From: an uncultured Gemmatimonadaceae bacterium
Lineage (GTDB): Bacteria; Gemmatimonadota; Gemmatimonadetes; Gemmatimonadales; Gemmatimonadaceae
Assembly: GCA_963781585.1 (NCBI GenBank)
Contig: CAWAGQ010000007.1
Span: forward strand, 160,001-224,000
DNA: 64,000 nt
Direction: 5' to 3'
Numbering within the stretch: position 1 is the stretch's first letter; the number at the start of each line of letters is the position of its first letter. Positions 57,007-64,000 of this stretch are shown here, one piece after another. A program made the position numbers and the translations under genes. The notes beneath the pieces were generated by a model. It was not told the DNA's origin. It did not search any database and worked only from the letters and a program-made list of their open reading frames with translations.

Positions 57007-57713
57007 GTTCCTCCTTTGGGCCGCTGGTACTTGCGTCCATTTACGGTCGGCGCAGCGCCGACGAGTAGACGCTCTATCGCCTCGACTAGGAGCGAATCAT
57101 TCGGGGGCGCGGTATACCGCCATCCGTTCACGATCACAGTTGGCGTGGCTGTTACCTGGAACGCGGCTCTCGCCGCAAGCGAACGCTCAACGGCAAGCAC
57201 CTTGGTTGAGCTGCGCGCGCAGCGGTCAAACGAGTGGAGATCGGCTATACCCGCTTCTGCAGCGAAGGATTGCCACGATTTCAACCCGAATGAGTCTTGC
57301 TTGGCGAAGAGCACGTCGTGCATAGTCCAGAACCGACCCTGTTCCCCAGCGCATTCGGCTGCGCGGGCCGCAGAATACGCGAAGCGGTGAGTCGGGCTCG
57401 GAGTGTGGATGAAGACTTGTCTAATCTTGGTGCCGTACTTTTCTTCGACTATCTGCAGTGCTCCGGCGAACTCCCTACAGAAGGGGCACTCGAAGTCTGC
57501 AAACTCCACAATCTGAATCGGCGCGGCCGAGTCGCCCCGGTCCCTGCCGACCTGCAGTAGTTCTCGCCACCGGGGTTCAAAAACGAGGGCAGTCACTTCC
57601 CTTTCTGTCGCACTGCGGTCCCCTGCGAACTCGCGGTGCGCGAATGATGCCGCCACCACAAGCGCTGCGACGGCCAAGATTGCCGAAACGGTCGCTTCAA
57701 GACGAGACGTCAC
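57003..57713 (-). CDS. DsbA-family thioredoxin
   Basis: IVEFADFECPFC, AARAAECA, ATPTVIVNG. Confidence 0.9.
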   Translation of the reverse strand: MTSRLEATVSAILAVAALVVAASFAHREFAGDRSATEREVTALVFEPRWRELLQVGRDRGDSAAPIQIVEFADFECPFCREFAGALQIVEEKYGTKIRQVFIHTPSPTHRFAYSAARAAECAGEQGRFWTMHDVLFAKQDSFGLKSWQSFAAEAGIADLHSFDRCARSSTKVLAVERSLAARAAFQVTATPTVIVNGWRYTAPPNDSLLVEAIERLLVGAAPTVNGRKYQRPKGGT

Positions 57714-58479
57714 GGGGAATTTCGGGTCCGACGACGTGCCCGTTCAGACAAGGGATTCAACAGAAATGCCGTTGCCCACTGCTCGGCGGTGGGTACCGAA
57801 GCCGGCAGCCGTCGGGCGATGGGAAGCAGCCTTGAGTGTTAAGTTCTCCACGCGACCAGCTCCACGGTGGCCCTATTGCCTGTATGATGATAAGGAGTCC
57901 ACGCAACACCGAACCGGTACGTGCTCACCAAGGGCGTGAGTCACGCCGCAGACAACGTCTGCTAACCAGCACCGGCGAAGGCTACGTCACGTTCTAGTCA
58001 GACTCACGCTCTTGGCAACTGGCTTCACGCGTCACGATTCACTCCGGGTCGAAGGTGCTGCTTACTGAGAATGCAGTCAACAGAAATTCGTCCCACTTTC
58101 CCGCGATTCGTCTCACGGCGCCTCAATTCCCGCGGCCTCAACGAGATCCTGGAGCTGGTCGCGGTTGGAAGACGCAGCGTCCAAGGCGTGGTAGTTGAGC
58201 CGATGATCACCACGCGCGCGGAAGCGAATCGATCGCTAGCCGGCGCGCTCGTCGTCGTCACGACGCGTTCCCAGAGTGCACACTGAGCGGCGGACTGTGC
58301 ACCAGAGAGGAGGAGGCTGCAGTCCATCGCAGTTCTTCCTGTACTGTTCTGGTGAGGCGCAGTGATTCTTGCCCCGTTGGGCGAGTGATGACGCCTCCGG
58401 TTCAGCAGCCTTTCTATGACGGAGGACGCAGGCTTCGGCGCGTGAGTGCTGACCGTCCGCGTGAGGGACGACGCTACCA

Positions 58480-58817
58480 ATGCAGATCCATTTCAAGGAT
58501 GTGGTATCGGGCTCCCTCGTAGTGTCCGCGCTCGTCGTCGCGGTCTCGTTCGTCCGGAATACCTGGTTCCCACGCGCGGACACGCAGCGCTCGAGTGCGG
58601 TAGAGGACACGGTTCGTACATTGATGTTTGGCGGGAGCACGTCGCTCCGGGGGGCGTTGGGGCTCGGCGTCCGCGCCGGTCACGATCGTCGAGTTCGGTG
58701 ACTTCGAGTGCCCGTTACGTCGTAGCCTGCAGCCAGTCTTGCGCCAGCTGCAGCAGCTCTCGTCGAGCCATGCAGCTGACGGCGCTCCAGGCGAGTCCGC
58801 GCAGCGACGCGATCTGA
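58480..58817 (+). pseudogene. Degraded DsbA-family gene
   Basis: TM N-terminus, then a frameshift to GSASAPVTIVEFGDFECP, then truncation. Confidence 0.65.
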
Positions 58818-59185
58818 CACATCATCATCCTTCACATCGTGGACGTCTCAACGCAACCGCTGCAGCTTGCGACGTGCACTGGCGCGGAGACGACGTTAGT
58901 GGCGGCGACGCGGTGCGCCGCCGCCGCGCGGCACGCGCGACCGTCCACGGCAAGTGCTCGACTCACCCGCGCGCCTTGCCAGCGTTCGAGCACGGCTTGT
59001 GGAACTCGGAGGCGTCGCACTGAAGAGCACAGCAATGGGGGGAGTAGGCGCTTCATGCGCGTCGCCCCGCCCCAGGCAATCCGCGCGGGGGTTACACGGT
59101 GTAACGCCATTTCCCATGGCGTGTCGGTGGGCGACGACAGCGCGTGAAATAGTAGAAAAGGGCGTGAGACTGCCTGAGTTCGGCA

Positions 59186-60058
59186 ATGGGCGTGTTGATC
59201 GCGGTCGTCTGCTCCGGTGCGGTGGGTCCGTGGCGGGTCACGGAAGCAAGGAGAAGCTGGATGTCGTCGGTCAGTCCTCCGTTGCGCGCGGTTGTCGCCC
59301 TGAAGGTGCGGGATGATATTGACCGCCTCGTTCGAGAAGCACTGCGCTCCGAAGCGGCGGTCAGCTCGTACGGGATATGGGACGAGTTCCAGCGGGCAGC
59401 AGCGCGAGCGGACTGCGCGATCATGCCGATACTGCAGTTCGAGCCCGAGTTGACTTATCACATGCGAGAGCTCGAGCAGGCGGCTCCTGACATCCCGCTG
59501 GTATTCATAATCCGTGAGGGCCTGGAAAGCCTGACTCCAGCTGTGGGTCTCGAATCGGGTGCCGCAGAACTCCTGTCGCTGAATGCCGTTGCGACTGGGC
59601 TTCCTGCGGCGATGGCGCGAGCGTTGGAGCGAACTTGGTTACGACGGGTGGCGCGGAATGCCGAGCGCACAAACAAGGTATCGCCGATTCTCGCCAACGC
59701 GATTGCCGCTGCCTGTCGAAGTCGAAGACCGGTCCGAACGCTCGATGATCTCGCGGCCCTTGTCGGGCGAAGTCGGAGCGACCTCGCGCGCCGGTGGCAC
59801 GCGACCATTCCCAAAGGCGTGACGCCGAAGGTCTTTCTCGACTGGGTTATCCTGCTGCGCGCCGTCGGACAGAAGACTCGCTGGCGCAGCTGGGAGGCTG
59901 CTGCTGACGAGCTCGGCGTGAATGAGGCGAGGCTCCGGAGCGCAGCCACGCGACTGATGCGGAGACGGCTGACCGAGTTGGACGCGGCGTCGCTTGCTGT
60001 TGTTCGAGCGGAATTCGATCGCGTCGTGCTCATTCCGCTGGGCATCGACGCGCCCTGA
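59186..60058 (+). CDS. Putative AraC-like HTH regulator
   Basis: TLDDLAALVGRSRSDLARRW...TPKVFLDW...WEAAADELGV. Confidence 0.55.
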   Translation: MGVLIAVVCSGAVGPWRVTEARRSWMSSVSPPLRAVVALKVRDDIDRLVREALRSEAAVSSYGIWDEFQRAAARADCAIMPILQFEPELTYHMRELEQAAPDIPLVFIIREGLESLTPAVGLESGAAELLSLNAVATGLPAAMARALERTWLRRVARNAERTNKVSPILANAIAAACRSRRPVRTLDDLAALVGRSRSDLARRWHATIPKGVTPKVFLDWVILLRAVGQKTRWRSWEAAADELGVNEARLRSAATRLMRRRLTELDAASLAVVRAEFDRVVLIPLGIDAP

Positions 60059-60332
60059 GACGAATCGTCGAAATGTGTGACGATTCTGAGTTGACGTGCG
60101 TGCTCGCCAAGCAGCCGTTTAACCGTCATCTGCATAGCGATGAATGAGACGCCGTGCCCATGACGAGGATCGTCCTATGCGCTCACAGAGCCGTACACCA
60201 CCCCGTGGCGCCGGTTGCCACATTCCTCTGGAACTTATTCTCCTGACAGCTTGCGTCACCGAAGCAACTCAGTCGCCGCCGCGCACTCCCCTCTGTGCCA
60301 AGTTTAGGTGAGACGGTCCCCTTCATAAGAAT

Positions 60333-60730
60333 GGGTCTTCTCCCGATCGAGTGGGTGAAATTGAGCGGAAACAGGGGTTGGGGGGAGAGAGCAGGCGGAG
60401 GCTTGCGACTGTGGGGCGATGGTGCATGATGAGCGGATGCCAAGACATCGTCGCAAACGCCGGCTCTGGGATGTGTACCGCTTCCCGGGGTTCTGGTCCA
60501 GTCCCACCGTCGTGGGGATCTTCGGGGATCCGCACGCGCGGGTCATTGCCCTCACGCGGCGCTCAAAAAAACGCGCTGCGGGACGTGTGGTCTGCTGTAT
60601 CACACCTGGTACGATCGGCAAACGCGCCGCGTCCGGGATCTCTCGTGTGGCGATCGCCGGATCTATCCCGATCTCGATCTCCGGCGCGTGGCGTGTCGGC
60701 GCTGTGGCACGGTGAAGCAGGAGCGGCTGC
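60333..60730 (+). pseudogene. ISL3-family left end and transposase N-terminal fragment
   Basis: GGGTCTT end. YRFPGF...GIFGDP...RRSKK, an A7 run at 60565, then CGTC...YDRQTRRVRDL...CRRCG in another frame. Confidence 0.65.
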
Positions 60731-61381
60731 GTCTGTGCGGCCCTCCTCCGCGAGCTCACGGAGCGCGGGGTGGCCCCGACGGGACGGCTCCTGGTCGTGG
60801 TCGATGGGGGCAAGGGTCTCCGTGCCGGCGTGGCGGACGTGTATGGGGATCGCGCCGAGGTGCAGCGCTGTCAGTGGCACAAACGCGAGAACGTCGTGAG
60901 CGATCTCGCCAAGGGCGACGAGGCGAAGTGGCGCGGCAAACTGCGGGCGCCCTACGCGCACCCGCACTACGGCGATGCCAAGCGCGCGCTGCTCCCGCTC
61001 CACCACGAGCTGCGGGTCCTGAACGAATCGGCGGCACCGAGGTTGCTGGAGGGTCTGGAGGAAACGCTGACGCTCCACCGGCTCGATGTGTTCCCCGAGT
61101 TGGGGCAGAGTTTCAAGACGACGAATGTGATCGAGAGCGTCATGGTGCGCGTGGAGGACCGGACGGCGCGCATCGATCATTGGCGAACCAGCGATCCGAA
61201 GTTGCGCTGGTGTGCTGCGGCCCTCCTCGCCGCCGAAGCGAAGTTCCGTCGCGTGAAGGGCTACGAGCAGCTGCCCTTGTTGCAGCAGGCGTTAGCGAAG
61301 CGGAGTTCATCGATCCGGGAGGATGCTGCGTAATACTTGTTAGGCACCCACTCGATTATCAACTCAGAAAGGGACACACCC
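60731..61381 (+). pseudogene. IS256-family transposase C-terminal fragment and right end
   Basis: VVDGGKGLR, VQRCQWHKRENV, TTNVIES, FRRVKGY. Confidence 0.8.
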
Positions 61382-61762
61382 GGTAATGGCAGCCATGGCA
61401 CAGGGGCGCATGCCGTCATCCCCGTGCGCGTTGGGGGCGACCTCACGTTTCGCGCCATTTCCGTTGACGGGGTGTACGCGTGCGGGATTACGACCGCCGG
61501 AATTACCATGTGTTGGGGAGATAACTATGGTGGACAACTGGGGAATGGCCACGACCACGATACGACACCGATCTTCCCCGTGCCGATTGCGGTCGCAGGA
61601 GGGCATCGCTTCACAGAGATCGCCGCGTACGCGAACCACACCTGTGGGCTCACTGAGGAGAAGGAGATCTGGTGCTGGGGTGCGAACGACAGTGGGGAAT
61701 CGGGGCAGGACCCGAGCGCGGCGTCGTTGCTCAATATCCCAGTACGCGTCATCCTTCCGTAG
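61382..61762 (+). pseudogene. RCC1-repeat protein C-terminal fragment
   Basis: CWGDNYGGQLG, HTCGLT, CWGANDSGE. The 5' end is replaced by IS256. Confidence 0.7.
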
Positions 61763-61983
61763 CGGAGCGCCAACGACCCCAATGCCCGGCGCGTGAGCGT
61801 CCCGTGGGACTGGCCGCGACGGGGGGGGCGGGGCGTGGATGTGCTGTGAAGGGGTGGAACGAAGACATGAAGTCGAGTGCCAAAACCATCCGCCTCGATC
61901 CCCGCCCGCCACGTCGGTGCCTTCCGGGACGTTCGCGTCGCGGTGATGTGCTCTCGCGCAAGAGGGCGATTGAGCAGGACGGC

Positions 61984-62397
61984 TTACTCGGCGCGGAACG
62001 GGTTTACCACCTGAACGAGGCCATAGAACCGCCTGTCCTCGAAGTCCTCGGAGTAGAGCGTTCCCAGTCCATTCACCTCGGCATAGGCCCACATGTGGGC
62101 GTCGAACCAGGAGAGCTGGTACGCCGCTGCGCCGCGGAGCGCGGTCCGCACCACGGCCTCGTCGGGGTAGAGCACCGGAATCTGTCGCAGCAGGTCTTCC
62201 GCCTCACGCCATGCGTCGTGCGGCGACAGCAGCGGTGTCGCGCCTTTCAGAGGCCGGGTGGTCGCGGCAACGAACTCCACCAGGCCCTGGTGCGCGAGGA
62301 AGAGTGATTCCTCCTCAATCCCGCGCCGCAGGAGCGCCGTGGCCGCTCGCTGCTTCCCGGGAAACCGGGTGTCGTTCGTGTCAACGAGCGCGGCCAC
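61984..62397 (-). CDS. PIN-domain toxin
   Basis: ALVDTN, WFDAHMWAYA, LYSEDF. The N-terminus may be slightly deleted. Confidence 0.8.
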   Translation of the reverse strand: MAALVDTNDTRFPGKQRAATALLRRGIEEESLFLAHQGLVEFVAATTRPLKGATPLLSPHDAWREAEDLLRQIPVLYPDEAVVRTALRGAAAYQLSWFDAHMWAYAEVNGLGTLYSEDFEDRRFYGLVQVVNPFRAE

Positions 62398-62600
62398 GGT
62401 CGTAGAGCGCGTCGCGCGTCCAACCGCGACCGGCGGTTGGGGTCTTTCGCACCGTCCCGCGCTGCCGGGCGTGCTGGCGTGCGGTGGCCCGGTCGAAGTG
62501 GGCGAGCCGTTCGGTCGTGGTGGGCGCCGCGCGCTGCCCGCTCGACTTCAGGACGCGTGTGCCACCTGGTCCAACGATGAACTCGATCTCGTCGCCGGGC
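62381..62600 (-). pseudogene. AbrB/MazE-like antitoxin lacking its N-terminus
   Basis: PGDEIEF...RGWTRDALYDRG. The 5' part is replaced by the direct repeat. Confidence 0.6.
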
Positions 62601-62685
62601 GACGATGCTGATGGAGCGGGGTGGTCGCCAATCCAGTGGCCGCGCGCCGGCGATCCGATTAGAGTCAACGCATGCCCTCGCCTCC
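62597..62685 (+). repeat. Direct repeat, copy 2
   Basis: Matches 55200-55286. Confidence 0.85.
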
Positions 62686-62932
62686 GCGACCCTCGGCGCT
62701 CGCTCACTGGACACCGGAACAGATCGCCGCGGGAAAGCGTTGGGTCGAGACCTGGCGGCGGGCCGGGGAGGCACTGGAGCGCATCTGGCGCAAGGAGCTC
62801 CGGGAACTGGACGGCTACCGCGCCATCGCGATGCTCTCCGGCGGTCTGTTGGAGGCGCCCCCATCACGTCGTGAGAGCTCCGGGCTCGTGGAGCAGCAGC
62901 GCTGGTTCGTGAGGGCACGGCGCCATTACTGA
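62672..62932 (+). CDS. Small hypothetical protein, partner of the downstream nucleotidyltransferase
   Basis: WVETWRRAGEALERI...SGLVEQQRWF. Overlaps the next gene. Confidence 0.6.
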   Translation: MPSPPRPSALAHWTPEQIAAGKRWVETWRRAGEALERIWRKELRELDGYRAIAMLSGGLLEAPPSRRESSGLVEQQRWFVRARRHY

Positions 62933-63252
62933 GCTCTTCCAGGCCGCGGCCGCCCTGCAACAGGTGTGTGAGTCGCAGGGGTGGCGTTTCTGTTTCATCG
63001 GTGGCCTTGCCGTGCAGCGCTGGGGAGAGCCCCGTGTCACCGTGGACGTCCATCTGACCCTGCTCACCGGGTTCGGCAACGAAGCGCACTTCATCGACAT
63101 CCTGTTGCAGCACTTCGAGGGCAGGATTCCGGATGCCGGGCAAGCTGGACTGGGACTATGTTCGTGAACAGCTCGCCCCGCTGGCCGAGCTGAAAGGAGA
63201 GCCGGAGATTCTCGACCAACTGGCTCGGCGGCGCGCGGAATGCGAGCAGTGA
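62925..63252 (+). pseudogene. Nucleotidyltransferase-like gene with internal deletion
   Basis: FCFIGGLAVQRWGEPRVTVDV is joined out of frame to LDWDYVREQLAPLAELK. Confidence 0.6.
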
Positions 63253-63334
63253 GTCGCGGTCACATTGCTCAATCGCCTTCGGCGAGTCTACCGGTGGCGA
63301 GGCGACGTGGGGAATGCAGCCGATGGGAAACGTC

Positions 63335-64000
63335 ATGACCACCGACTCCCTTCACATCGATCGCGACAGCGTCCTGGACCTGGAGATTGTCGTCCCCAGC
63401 GGGCAGGTCCGGGACCTTCTCTCCTTCATCGATCGTACCAGACTGCCTGAAAGCCGCCTGTTGCTCGAACGGCTGCTGCTCGCACCGCTGACGTCGGCCC
63501 AGGCGATCCTGTCGCGGCAGCGAGACCTTCAGGTCATCGCGGGGATGCTCCCGAGATTGTCCCTCGACGCGGTGAAGCGTGGCCTCAACGGGACGGAGCT
63601 ATACCTGGCCCGCAGGCCAGCGACGTTAGGAAGAAGTCTCGTCACGGGTCTGCTCATGCGCGCCTTCAACCCGAAAACGTACCACGAGACCCTGACTGGC
63701 TTGCTCCGTGTCCGCGATCTGCTGGATTTCGTCCAGGGCACGCTGGATATCCTCGACCAGATGTTCCTTGAGGAGGAGGGAGATCTGCACGAGATACACC
63801 AGTGCTTTCGCGCCGCGATGGATGACACGCTTCTGAGCACGATCAGGCGGGTCCGACCGGGTGTGGGGCTGGTGCGCCTGGACCATGCTGTACGATCAAC
63901 GAAACGCGAAATGCTCAACGCCGTTTTGTCCGCCCTGCGCCGACTCGACGCGCTGCAAGCCCTCGCCACGCTCCAGAACGAACCGGGGTTCAGCTACCCC
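63335..64000 (+). CDS. MutS-related protein (partial, runs off the window)
   Basis: Open frame to the edge: DLEI...IDRT...PLTSAQAILSRQ...LDALQALA...GFSYP. The ATPase domain is not visible. Confidence 0.55.
   Translation, partial: MTTDSLHIDRDSVLDLEIVVPSGQVRDLLSFIDRTRLPESRLLLERLLLAPLTSAQAILSRQRDLQVIAGMLPRLSLDAVKRGLNGTELYLARRPATLGRSLVTGLLMRAFNPKTYHETLTGLLRVRDLLDFVQGTLDILDQMFLEEEGDLHEIHQCFRAAMDDTLLSTIRRVRPGVGLVRLDHAVRSTKREMLNAVLSALRRLDALQALATLQNEPGFSYP

Noticed and set aside
57720..58470. ORFs or ncRNA in the intergenic stretch
   Set aside because: No recognisable motifs, RBS or structure that I can support.

Overview
High-GC bacterial DNA. The gene families (Ser/Thr kinase-propeller proteins, duplicated ABC permeases, carboxypeptidase-regulatory-like proteins) suggest Gemmatimonadota, which is an inference. 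Positions 1-26.9 kb hold a chromosomal integron. intI (25858-26859, minus strand) is co-oriented with its cassettes, the putative attI lies downstream of it, and the array runs off the left edge. The array contains five TA modules, a 5.8-kb double-kinase cassette, a peptidase cassette broken by IS21, and two apparently identical 2480-bp elements encoding a tyrosine recombinase plus an IS91-like HUH transposase. Both elements sit exactly at the GTT of an attC R'' box, and their rejoined ends form an attC-like hairpin. This is the best candidate for an undescribed system. Positions 27-50.7 kb are host genes: a BNR-repeat protein, an Rdx selenoprotein missed by the ORF track, ABC permeases, an N-acetylhexosamine-utilisation cluster and an RND pump. 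Positions 50.7-52.6 kb hold a GxxExxY gene, 9-nt-period repeats and an IS110 whose bridge-RNA guides can be read from the sequence. Positions 52.6-64 kb hold secreted proteins and a decaying accessory region. The 8-mer GCCTAACG/CGTTAGGC, which contains the attC core, is over-represented in host genes. All calls were made by eye without database searches.
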